A program made the translations under genes and the position numbers. DNA of 64,000 nucleotides, taken from Azolla caroliniana (taxonomy: Eukaryota; Plantae; Polypodiophyta). Under the pieces are notes generated by a model. That model saw only the letters and a program-made list of their open reading frames with translations. It was not told the origin of the DNA and ran no database searches. Positions within the stretch are counted from its first letter, which is position 1. Each line of letters starts with the position of its first letter. Where the stretch lies: the NCBI GenBank assembly GCA_043228905.1, contig JBHGNT010000012.1:15004001-15068000 (forward strand), read 5' to 3'. Below, piece by piece: positions 1 through 12,170 of the stretch.

Positions 1-118
1 GGGATCTTTGATGGGTGTTTGTGGTCTTGGTTCCCTCCCGTAATCTCTTACATGCAGTGGTGCAATCGATACTCATGAGCATATGGTAGAGTTCCCAATA
101 CTGGGATGCCTCCCATAC

Positions 119-1319
119 TCATCTCTTACGACGTGTCATCTTGCACATTTCTTTGCGAGCTTGTACTGAGGTAATACTACCACTAAGTTGCGATATTGTA
201 AGTTTTCTATGTAAGTAACTACAATCCTCATCATACCATCTATTTTGTGGCATAGATCCTAATCTACCTTGATTGGAGTGTCTCGTATATGGGGAACTGC
301 TAACTGCTGCGGAGTGAAGGATGTGTGTGAGTTTCATACTAAGGCTCTCTAAAGGTAGGGAGGGATCAAGGGAGGAGAGATGGGCTTGAACATGTCGAGA
401 GTATATGTAGAAGAGCCCATGTGTGAAATGTATTGTGGTGTGATGGCGTGGTTGACTAGGGTTGGTGACGTTAGAGATATCGCATTTTAGCTCGAAGTAT
501 AAGAAACTATGGTCCGCGCCAATAGGGCATGGAGCCACCCGGAAGGAGTTAATCATGTGGGTAGATTCAGGGTGTCCTATTAGATAATCAACATTGCTTT
601 CCCCTCCTCCATGTGGGAAACATGTGAGCTCTTTCGAGCCTGGCCACTTGGCTAAACCATTATATATGACCATCCAGTGCCGACTACCAAGCTCGTGGCG
701 TCCGCACCTTCCTTTGATCTACGTGTGGTGCCTTTATCTAAAGGATCAACATTTACCATTTCTAAGTTTCTATTCATCTGAAATACTGTGCATTGTCGGG
801 ATTGGGTTCTCGCATTGAAGTCTCCTACAAGGAATACTTCTCCTTGGGAAGAATATCGGATTATGTCATCCGATAGAGGTTTGTATGGGGAAGGCCCATG
901 TGTCACTCCTTTATCAACTAATCTCGCCTTGCCAGCTAGATTATAATGAGAGCCTTTCAGGGGGAAGTAACAAATGGCGAAAAATACTGCTTTGTCCTTG
1001 CTTGTGGAGACGTTCACCCACATAAAACGAGCTTTTGGGTCTGTCCTCAATATTTCTATCCTATGATGTAGCTCTCTCCGAAACAATATTGTGACACCTC
1101 CAGATCCCCTATGCATCAACGTGAGGTTTGTCTAAAAGCGGACTCCCAACGAAATCCTTCGACTCGTGGGAGTCCTCTATTTGGGCTTTGGTGTGTTTCT
1201 ACTAAGAAAAGTATATCCGATACCTTTAATATCTCGTCTAGGCAGCCGGGGTGTGTCCAGAGTGCGTCATTACAATTCCATAAGGTCATCCTAAGTGTAT
1301 TTTCTGTCACATGGGCCAC
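119..1319 (-). pseudogene. LINE ORF2 apurinic-like endonuclease domain, frameshifted
   Basis: Pieces 1116-1319, 652-1119 and 119-673 carry the APE motifs in order, followed by a WYDEDC linker motif. Confidence 0.85.
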
Positions 1320-1325
1320 ACGCTA

Positions 1326-2113
1326 TCAATTAGTAGTGCGATAATTTATGATCACTCGCCCATCTCGATAAAAGGCACAATGCCCTTCTTACGAGCTTGC
1401 ATAACTCATGGCATACAACTCTTGCGATGCTCAATTTGCATCTTAGTGAGGTCTTCATCGAGATAGATAGGGTCCCCACCCAATCCTCGAAGAATTGGTC
1501 TCTTCTTAAAGAAAGTGATTCGAGAGTCTAAGTCTTTAAATTGAAGGACTAAGGCTCTCTTCCTAGTTGTATCACGTCCGACCCTCCAAGCTTTGGTGAT
1601 AGGTAGGGCCGCTATGTACCCTAACATTTTCCCAAGTGTTTGTGCATCCTCGTCTGGGATGCACCTTCCTTTAGCCCAGTGACACGCACATTTAAGCATC
1701 GGGCTTGGCGGTAATAACAATACTTTCATCTTTTATTTCTTTTCTAATGTTTCTTTTAACCACATCTACCCAACCTGTTTTAGCTAACTCTATGTTATTT
1801 TTAACTTCCTCTTTAACTTGTTTAATCTTGTCTTTTATACCTCTATGGAGGATATTTCACCGTCCTCTCAAGATACCTCGATGTCATTAATTTGTTTTTT
1901 AAGGTTTGTGTTTTCCACTTTAAGTTTCTCTATTTCGGCCTTGAGGGCGTCTTTTTCCTCTCTATCTTTTTTCTTGTGGGTTTCGGCGTCTTTCACCCAT
2001 TTTTTCATATCCATCTCTATTTTTGTTAAACGATTAAACATATCTAAAAGGTTATCTTTACTTATAGCCTCGTCTTGTATATCCTTATGTTCCTTAGCTC
2101 GTTTAGACGCCAT
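1326..2113 (-). pseudogene. LINE ORF1 (coiled coil + RRM-like), disrupted
   Basis: ATG at 2113 MASKRAKE...LKAEIEKLKVEN..; then RVGRDTTRKRALVLQFKD..IYLDEDLTK..ARKKGHCAFYRDGRVIIN*; internal stop/frameshift. Confidence 0.75.
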
Positions 2114-2589
2114 TGTGGTATCAATAAGGAAAAGATAAAAAAAAATGGGTGCGAGACTTCGCCGAGTTTGCGTGTATGTCGCAGTCACATCCACATTTCG
2201 TAGCACGCGACGAGCACGCCGAAAGAACCCACCAACAGAGGTAGACACAGCGCAAAGGTTCAAGGATGTGCCGTCAAGAAAAGAACAGAGCACCAAGCAA
2301 CGTCAAGCAAAAGAGAGAAAAGAACACGACAATACAGTCGACGACGACAGACGGCGATGGATGGCAAGAGACGACAGCGCGGCAACAAATCGTGCAGCAA
2401 GCAGATAGTCACAGACGACAGCAAACGGTGACAGACGGTCGCAGATGGTTGTAGACGATAGCGCGACAATAGACGACACAGTCGACGACAACGCGACAAT
2501 AGGTGGTGCAGCACAGTAGCAGACGGCACCGCACGACACCCAACGACTGCGCGACAGCAAACTGTGTTGTCGTTATCACAAACGGCTAG

Positions 2590-2602
2590 GAGAGAGAGTG
2601 TA

Positions 2603-2638
<36 letters not shown>

Positions 2639-3468
2639 GAAAAGAGAGAGTGTGTAGTGTGTGTGTGTGTGTGTGTGGAGAGAGAGAGAGAGAGAGAGAG
2701 AAGTGTTCCCCCCCAATCCTAGAGAAAACTGAGATAACTTTGAGTATAGAGACAACTAAGAGACAACGGTATACACAAAGAAGTGAGAGAACAAAGAGAG
2801 AAAAACAGGAAATAAAGAGACATAGTGTCGAGTACGAGAGCAAGAGCGAGAACACTTTGCAGAAGAGAAGATAGAGATCCACGAGGGGTTGTTTGTGAAG
2901 TAAGGAACCCACGACTTTATAGCACCTCTCCTATCAATCCGTATCAGGTTCCTTCGTTCTTTGTTTTTCTTCTATTTTTTCTACTTTCTGTTGATTTATC
3001 CACCCAATCGGGTGAAGATAGTAACCAAGGTTGTTGCCTTAAGGCTAGCTCATTTCCTCTAGTTCAAAACTAGAGAGACTATACTCAGTTGTAATATTTG
3101 TTGTCTTATCCACCTAATCGGGTGAAGATAGTAGCCAAGGTTGTTGACTTGAGGCTAGTTCATTTCCTCTAGTTCAAACCTAGAGAGACTATACTCAGTT
3201 GTAATCTTTGTTATTCTATACACTCGATTGGCTGAAGGTTGTAACCAAGGCCATTGCTTTGAGGTAGATACATTCCTCTAGTAAGGTTGTATTCCGTTGT
3301 ACTCAAAACATAGTGAAGTTGTTCGGAACCTACGGTTCCTGTGGTTTTTCCCTATTTTGGGTTTTCCACGTTAAAATTTTTGGTGTGCTCTCATTTTTGT
3401 CTTGTGGTTTCATCTATTAATTGTGTGTGAAATCCAAATCATCCTGATTCAATCCCATATTCCCAACA
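2590..3468 (+). mobile_element. Probable LTR remnant (R/U5 half) with GA/GT microsatellites and ~113-bp internal tandem repeats
   Basis: (GA)n/(GT)n tract; 2-3 copies of atccacc.aatcgggtgaagatagtaaccaagg...gttgtaat at 2995-3290; T-rich U5-like tail ending ...cccaaCA. Confidence 0.45.
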
Positions 3469-3845
3469 TATTCTATATACTTTATCAGACATCCTATAGT
3501 TATTGTCATGGTGTACATGTAACTAGGTTTATGCAAAATAAAATTAGAAGCTCTTTCAAGTTTCATGCAATTGTGATTGGCAAAGTTGACATAGTAATAA
3601 AAACTAAGAGTCTCTCCTTCTATATTTGGATAATATCATAATACATTCTTTCACAAAGTCAAATAATCTATAGGTTCATGAACTAGGCAAATTCTTCTAC
3701 ACAAGTGTTTCCAACCAACTATTATATCGAAGTAAACCGGTTTATGGGTCAACAAACAAAGTGAATGCTTCCACAAAAGTATCATGACCAACTTTACCAA
3801 TTAACAATGAAGAGTTCGTAAATAATCGATACAAAACCGTGTCTC

Positions 3846-4180
3846 GAAGGATGACTACCTTAGACAGAAAAAAATCATTATACACCTATTTCTACCACGA
3901 GCATTTAATATCCAAGCTTTTCTTGCCTCTCATTTCTTGTGTACTCTAGCCTCATTTCATATGAAGTTACTTGATGCTTTTATAAAGAGAAGTAATAATG
4001 AGGAATTAATAACAACTTTACGAGGTAATAATGAGTTCGCAAATATATTGACATAAAATTGTGCCTCAAAGGATGACTACCAAAAACAATCATTATACTC
4101 CTAATTCTAACACGACCATTTAATATCCAAAGCTTGTCAAGCCTCTCATTTCCTATGCACTCCAACCTCATTTCATATGA
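3846..4180. repeat. Imperfect ~110-bp direct duplication (about 3846-3965 and 4068-4180)
   Basis: Both copies read aaggatgactacc...atcattatac...atttaatatcc...gcctctcatttc...cctcatttcatatga. Confidence 0.6.
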
Positions 4181-6056
4181 GGGGTACTAGATAGAGAACT
4201 TTCTAGCTCTCTTTTAGCTTGGATAGGTTGAAAGAGACCCAAGAGCTCAATACCCATGTGTTAAGGAGTCTAGTATGCATAAATATCAATAATTACAACA
4301 ATTCTAAAATTTTAACACACGAACCCAATACAAAAGCATAACACAAAATCACAACCGCACATTCAAATACACCATCACCAAATCATAATTGCCATTGATA
4401 TAGAATGATAAATATATAATGAAAAAATGTGCAAATAAGAATTACACATAAAACCATAGGCACACATTCATATCACCATTGATTCGAGAATGTTGGTCCT
4501 CAAAATGTGCTTAAAAACCGCCAAATGAAAAACTACAAACAACTAGTTTTTTAGACAAAATGACATAACATAAATACAATAGAACCACAAGAACCAAAAT
4601 TTGTACTAATGCAATAAACCATTTAAAAATAATAAAATCATAAACATAACTTGTAAAACCAACTTTAAAAATCTTCTTTTGCAAGATAATGACTTTTACT
4701 TTAAAATTTACAAATCCTTCAAAACAATAACTACATTCACAACCTTTTGTCCAAAAGTCAAGCCTTGTTACACGACAATTCCTAATAGATTGGAATAGTA
4801 GATTCTAGCATAGAAACCTTGGCTTAGGAGAAACCAAGCTAAACCAAATTGCACCATGCAAACCCATACATTGATTGATGAGGTTACTCCTCATATCATA
4901 ATGCTCTTTTAAATGCCAAACAATTCTTTAAAACAAAATTGTAGACACCATCTCAACAACTAATAAATGAATTAGCCACCAACAATACTCGAAGTAGTTG
5001 AGATGGCAAGCCATCATTGCTATATATCCTGTAAAAAAGAAGTGCATAAATAAATTCTTAGAAAGAATTTATACTCTTGGAGCCATAACTAATTGAAGCT
5101 TATTCTTCACTTAATAAATTTGCATAGCATATTAACATTCATTTATGATTTTGTCACGCTAAAAATCTTTAAACACAAGAATCCTATAGAGATCCTATTG
5201 AACTTTCAACAATGGAACCTAGATTGGATCTACTGATGATGGATAAAATATCACAACTAAGGACACCAAAATCTATTAGAATTGACTCGTACATCGGACT
5301 CAGAAACACCAGTACATTGAAAGAGTATGTCATAAAGAGTGTCCAATACATTGGAAGAGTATGTCATAAAGAGTGCCCAACTCATCAAAGCATTCATACA
5401 CTACATGATTCCTTTTGAAAGAAATAATTGAAACTAGGATGTGAACAGCTTATGAGATTATATACTTCATGAACAACTTATGAGATTATATAAGTCATAA
5501 AACTAACTGGATTCCATCAAAATTTCCAATGTCGAGAAACTTGGGTCCAAGAGTACTTCAAAACAAGTTATGACACTACACTCCAAGCAATCTATAACTA
5601 GGAATAGATGTGATAATTACCACCAAATATTATTATGATCCCATTCCAATATTATTGTATGAACAAACTCAATAGATTTTGTGCAACCATATAAATTTCC
5701 TAGAGACCTACTTTTTTTTAAAGAAGGATATCCAATTTCCTACACACTTGAAACACTTTGGTCCCATACATTTTTCCTACTAGCATAGACACAATTGCTC
5801 AAATAATAATACACAACTTCGTAAACAATGTCCAAACAAACAATGTGACACACCAAGGTCCAATAGAGTCCCTCACAAACTTGAGAAAGATTATCTAGGG
5901 TCCAAAAGCAACCAAGATAACCATATCCTTATAATGAGCTTTGGAACTAACAAGGGTCCAATATGATTGTACCTACCAAACTTTAGATAGATAATATCTA
6001 TTCTTTTCGAATAGTACACAAGACCCGGGTACTAACATGCTTGAGACCTATGTAAG

Positions 6057-6090
<34 letters not shown>

Positions 6091-6092
<2 letters not shown>

Positions 6093-6249
6093 TGGTGAGA
6101 GAGAAGCTCTTGAGGAGCATTCCGGGACAAACTTGGAAGATGACAACGGTGCCGTAGACCATGCACCAGACCGCGCCAGCCATGATCAAAGACCACCAAC
6201 TCCGCCCCGACACCATGCTCTTTAGTGACATATAATTGATCTTGTTCAT
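6091..6249 (-). CDS. Candidate first coding exon of an unidentified gene with an N-terminal membrane anchor
   Basis: AAAAATG start; 53 codons with a hydrophobic stretch (WWSLIMAGAVWCMVYGTVVIF); ends AAG|GT followed by (CT)n; higher GC than flanks. Confidence 0.45.
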
Positions 6250-7099
6250 TTTTGTTCCTTTCTTCTTTCTTTTGGACTTGATTGTGGCAAGGAAATAATC
6301 TATCTATCTAACTATGTATGTATGTATCTATTTATCTATATATATATATATATAGATAGATAGATATAGTTGTATCCCTTTCTTCAATCCCAAAAGATTG
6401 AGTTACTAATGAGCTAGCTATCCAAACAGGATTCAATATATATGTATGTATGTATACATGTGTAGATCATGAAATGATAAATGGCCCAAGAAAGGAAGAG
6501 AAATGATGAGTCCTAGTTGCTTGCTGCTAGGAACAGAGCTTGTGAAGAGAGGTACTGCCGTGTAACTAAAGACTTGTTAGTGAATCAGAATCAATGGTTC
6601 CTATTCTGGTTGTCTTAGGATTAAAGACTGCTTTAATATTTGATCTACTGGATAAAAGGAAGAGAGGTTGAGAAGATAGAGGAGAAAACTAAGTTACTAT
6701 GTCTAGCTGCAAACCACCAAGAGACAAGTGTCTTTTATTTGCTTGTATGTATATATTTACAATACATAGATATGCATACACAAATTCATATACATACATA
6801 CATACATCCTTGTATGTATGTATGTATATGAATTTGTGTATGCATATGTATGTATAATGTATGTGTGCATATCTATGTATTGTAAATATGTATGCATCCA
6901 TCACATGATATATATATGTACATGCATGTACCACATGCTATATGTGTGCATAATATGTGTATTCATAAATTCTAAACCATACATATGTATGATAAGTGCA
7001 TAACAGACCTATACACCAACTCTATTATATGTATTTGTGTATATTGTACATGTGTAGCACTTAATCTATGTATAAATGCATAAATGTAACTTTTTGTGT

Positions 7100-8430
7100 A
7101 TAAAATAGAACAATACACCAACAAACAACGAGCAAGATAAAGATTTCTATTACGATTTCCATCATACCACAGTCGTTGCTTGTCGAAGCAACTAAATGCC
7201 CTTTGAATTGGAGCCCAATTTGTTGTGAACCCTCTTTGTTTCCAAGTAAGAGACCCATCTTCTTCCTATTTCGATCATCCACCCCCTTATGGAAAAATAG
7301 AACTTTACTCGTGTAGAGCATCGTCCTATCAAGCGTCGATAGAAGCACAAATCGCTTCTCAAACTCTTATCATCTTCGTACTCCTCTAGTAGGCTTCTTT
7401 CAAACTCCTCACATTCGTGACTCCCCACTTGCATCTCAAGTATCTCCACATGGAGACTCAATACTACTACCCTTGTGAAGCCACTTACTGGAATGTCCCT
7501 CATTATGATCATGGCTTTGTAATCCTCCAAGTAGCACAAGACAATCTTTCAATTGAATTGCCTAGATCTTCCAACGACCGTTTCTATGGCTTTGTTTAGC
7601 CCGACCACACATATGGTTTGGAATGCAAAGCTAGCCTTAACACACTTACTACAGTTCCTAGTAATGCATGGGTTCCGAGATCTAATGTTGGCTAACCTAT
7701 TTATCACGTTGATGTCCTAATCAAGGGTTTAGTTTGCACTTGTTTACACAAACTCTTCCCTTAAAAGACCATTTGATCTCCCAAACCTCACTTAATCTTT
7801 TGTATAAAGAACTCATTCATCATCCAACTCTTATTCATTTGATTGTCGTTATTCTACCATGTGGATAGTCCATAATACATTTTTATCCACACATTGTTCG
7901 TGGGGTGTCATAAAAAATATCACAAAATATGGTCCACTGAATTACAAAATCAAGTGCTATTAGATCTCCATAATCCATGAAACACAAGATTCATTCTTTA
8001 TGCCACAAAAATGGAAACTTTGGTTATTGCATGTTGTTTGTGCTGACTCCCCCTCAAATATTGGCATCCAAATTCCTTTTGTGAGCTTTCTCAACCACCC
8101 TCACTTGTATCTCACATAATATGGTGTGTTATACCTTGATATGCTAACAACAAGGATACAAAGTTTCGTACTTCTTACTATTCAAGGAAAATATCCCTAC
8201 CCATAAGAGAAAAAATTAGTTGAAGATGGAACTTTGTCCTCTTGATATTTAGCTAGTTGTAAGAAAAAAGTATTTGGTATGATTTGTGTTAGCCAAAGTT
8301 GATGTTAAATCTAATTGTACCCTTTAGGCACCTTAGTATATGCCTCCTCATGCCCACCTTGCTAATGACTCTTCTTTAGACTTGTTGCTAGCGCCCCCAC
8401 CCCATTTGGAATTCCTGGTCTTTGTTTTGC
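7100..8430 (-). mobile_element. Possible highly decayed retroelement (L1-like 3' region)
   Basis: Coding-like fragments (ORFs 7061-7348, 7192-7539) and Trp-rich remnants; no intact motif. Confidence 0.25.
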
Positions 8431-8437
8431 CAATTCG

Positions 8438-8705
8438 TAACCATTTATTTATGTGAGTGTGATTAAGTAGAAGAGTAGATTGCATAAAATCTAGTAACCA
8501 TTTATTTACGTGAGTGTGATTAAGTAGAAGAGTAGATTAGATGAAATTTAGTAACCATTTATTTGTGTGAGTGTGATTAAGTAGAAGAGTAGATCAGATG
8601 AAACTTAGTAACCATTTATTTATGTGAATGTGATTAAGTAGAAGAGTAGATTAGATAAAATTTAGTAACCATTTATTTACGTGAGTGTGATTAAGTAGAA
8701 GAGTA
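8438..8705. repeat. 57-bp minisatellite, ~4.7 copies
   Basis: Unit agtaaccatttatttacgtgagtgtgattaagtagaagagtagattagatgaaattt repeated head to tail. Confidence 0.95.
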
Positions 8706-9815
8706 TAGAGTTTTCTCAAGGAGTTAGTTTATACGAGAGTCATTGACATCTACTCGAGTTCTTGATACCTACTCTCACTCGACTTGCCAACAAAAGGGTA
8801 GATGATAATACATTCATGAGTTAAATCGATCCCTAGTTGATCATCGCAAAGAACACAAGGAATAAGATTTAGGTTTTGATGAGAACACCAAAATATAAAC
8901 ATATGTGGCAATGCTATCGGAAATAAATCACCAGTTGAACCTTGCAATGAGCTTTTCATAAACTCCCATGGTATGTATAAGCGAAGGAGGAACAAAGAAC
9001 CACAAAAAAAATTATGTGTATATTTTATCCTTTAATTTTTTTTTCTCTCCCTAAGTAATCACCTAATCATCCTAGTTACCATGAACTATAATCCTAGTCA
9101 TCAATTAACACTAATGGATAGTTTGGACAATAACCATTTTTCTCTTCTCAAAACATATGACTAGTGGTGGGGAAAATCACATATATACAATCAAAGAGTT
9201 GTAGTGTACCTTAGAACAATCTCAATGAATTTTCCATAAAAACTCTTTCAAATTGGCAGATACAACTACACTCACTCTCCTATTGTGTCAAGGCACCATG
9301 TTGAAGCTAAAAAACACTCTTATTATTGGTAACAACTTAATACTCACATTGTGACGAGCACTAACCACTCTCATGTTTTGGGAACACATTTCATGTGCGA
9401 AAATCCTTATTGTGATTAACCCATTTGATCATCATGACCAGTAAACAACTCTCATCATGGTGAAATATGAACTACCCCAACATGGTGATTTGACACATCT
9501 TAGAGAGGAATCAACCCTTGAACTCAAGGCCAAAGAGATAGATCTTTGGTCGGAATAACTAGCTAAAGCGAAAGAAAAGCAAGAAAAAATCCAATCTACC
9601 TAGCTAGAGGGCATAGGGCTTTGGAATAGTCAATTGGTGTGTGCTTAGAAATGTTGACTGTAGAAGATTGCCAAAGCTCATGAACACCAACATAGTATGA
9701 ACCATATGTAACATATGTGCATTCACATTCAAGTATGTTTAGATCATTCGAGCGTGGTAAACACCCAGGGAGTATGGTAAATACCATATTATTGTATTAC
9801 ATTATTTATCATAAG

Positions 9816-10547
9816 TAGCAATGGGCTCGGTTCGGTTCGGTTTCTTGGCCTTGAAACCAAACCAAACCATTTATTAATAATAAAAACCGAACCAAACTAT
9901 TTTAAAATTTATGAAGCCATTTAAACCGAACCGTTTAGAGACAAACCGTTAAACCAAACCGTTTACGAAAAATTTAAAACCAAACCAAACCGGTTTATCA
10001 TAAATCAAAACCAAACCATTTTTTATTGATATTAATCATCATACTTATTATAAATTTGTGTGAGAAAATCATCATAAATTTATTCATCATACTTATCATA
10101 AAATTTGTCATCATACTTATCATAAATTTGGTCATCGTACTGATCATAAATTTGATCATCATACTGATCATAAATTTGATCATTATACTTATCATAAATT
10201 TGATTATCATACTTATCATAATTGATCATTATAAATGAAAAGGAGACTCTACATATAATACATATAAAATTTATTAAGTTAAAACAAGAGTTTAAAATTA
10301 AAAGTTGAAACTTAGAGCCTATAGAGAATATTGTTTAGTATTTTTTAACCCATAAACCTTTAAACCGAACCACATAAACAAAAACCGATAAGTCGATAAA
10401 CAAATAAACCGATAAATTCAAAACCGAACCGAACCGAAATCGATTAGTAACATTTGAAACCAAACCAAACCGTTTATTTATCTTTGAACCTATAAACCAT
10501 TATGCCACGGTTCGGTTTGGTTTGAGCCGAAACCGGGCTCATTGCTA
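9816..10547. mobile_element. Non-autonomous hAT-type DNA transposon (MITE), 732 bp
   Basis: TIR TAGCAATGGGCTCGGTT / AACCGGGCTCATTGCTA; perfect 8-bp TSD ATCATAAG (9808-9815, 10548-10555); many subterminal AAACCG motifs. Confidence 0.93.
10036..10230. repeat. 24-bp tandem repeat inside the hAT MITE
   Basis: Unit atcatacttatcataaatttg.tc, ~7 copies. Confidence 0.9.
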
Positions 10548-12170
10548 ATCATAAGGTAGAACCTTTTCTAAGGTAAGAAAGTCAAGGTAAAAAACGTAAA
10601 AAAATATAACATGTTTTCATAACATGCACATTCATTTGCAAACATATGAAAAAGAATGTTTGCAAATGCATTCGAGTATGTTACGTTCTATGACCAAGCC
10701 CATACAACTACTTTTGCACTTACCACAACCTTACCCAAGTTCTACTTTATTAGCAATTCTACTAGCTATCAAGAACGATCAGTTGGATCCCACAACAATG
10801 AGATCACAACAAAAACTCAGGGACAAATAACTCGAGACAAAGAGACAATGACAACAAAGACTTAACACTTTTACTCTAGAATTAACCTCCACTCTCGAGC
10901 CCATCCAAACATTCTTAGCCATGGTTGATAGAGAAAGGAGACCCATACCTTCCAATACCCCCATTAATCATAGATGGAAGACAAAGCTAGACTTTGGTTC
11001 CCCATGCTTCTAGATACATTTGGAGTGACTAACTTCATTTACAGGAGGTTATTTTCACCAACAACACATGAATAGGGAAAGATTTTTGAAACATATTGAC
11101 CAATTCTTCTCCCTAAGACTAGAAGTCAAAGACATGGTCTAAGATTATATAACCCAACCAAACGCCTAGACAATAGGTGTGACGAAAGAAGTGACATGAT
11201 GATTGATGAAAAATTCAACGATTGATTCACCCACCTGTTAGTACCTAAAAAAGCTACTCAACAAAATGCCAAACTTTCAATAACGAATGCACGGTACTCA
11301 CGAGGGGTTCGAACACTCGATGATGGGATTGTAAACACCCACAGAGGTGGAGACAAATTCCAAGGGACAAATCTCCCGTCAATCCCATGGCCACACCCCA
11401 ACCTAGCAAAGTACAACCACCCTAACTTCCCCAAAGGTTCCCAGTGAATTCCAACCAAAATGAGCAATATGTTGAGATCCATGGCAACATTGTTTAATGT
11501 GCATAAAAATACAACACATATCCACACATTTGGGATAATTGACCTTTTTGTAAACCCATCATATTCCAAAAGATAAAATGTATCATGGGTAAGAACCCAA
11601 AAGAAGTGCTCAATTATACATCTTCCGCCCACAATTAAAATCATAAATGAGCATTATATAAGGTAGAACAAAGAGATTCCAATCAAGGCAAATGATCGCA
11701 CAATGGTAAAATGGTTATGTAATAACTAACAAGGGGCACCATAAACAAAGCAAAACTTCCTTCACATTTAAAAAATCAAATAATTTAGAATTTTACAAGG
11801 GGGCGGTGTGATATGTTTTTTTCTGTGCATGGCAAAAGAGAAGCTCAAACCTTGTACATAGACTTCGGTACACTTTGTTACAAAGAATATAGCTTTACAG
11901 AGAATACTCTCATCAAATCATATATCATATATATTATATATGCTTAAAGAAGAATATATATAGATAGATAGATAAATCTCTTACATTTTTTGGAAAATGG
12001 TGGAACAAAACGGCGAAAAAGAGAGCTAAAAAATAATACACACATCGGAAGATCGATTTTTGTCTTGGGTGGGTACGGATCACGTCTCTCTTTTCAGACG
12101 ATCGATTTTTTGTAACTTGGTTGGGCATTTCTCTTCAGACGAGATCCTTGCATTGAATATTTGATCCAGA

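Larger units (their letters stand above)
1..2585 (-). mobile_element. Degenerate non-LTR retrotransposon (LINE), 5' half: 5'UTR, ORF1, APE endonuclease; runs off the left edge. 5' boundary approximate
   Basis: ORF1 coiled coil followed by an RRM-like region (RVGR...LVLQF...IYLDEDLT); ORF2 APE motifs WNC, LVETH, GSGGV, VGDFNAR, VDYLI, ADH; stops and frameshifts. Confidence 0.85.

Noticed and set aside
6640-7003. Y/I/H/C-rich ORFs (also 12866-13253, 19154-20035, 2586-2912)
   Set aside because: Products of TA/CA/TG/GA microsatellite-like sequence
8438-8705. CRISPR array
   Set aside because: Head-to-tail repeats without unique spacers
9998-10238. Ile/Met-rich ORFs
   Set aside because: Translation of the 24-bp minisatellite
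10600-11750. Possible decayed gag-like or other coding sequence
   Set aside because: No recognisable motif or terminal structure to support a call
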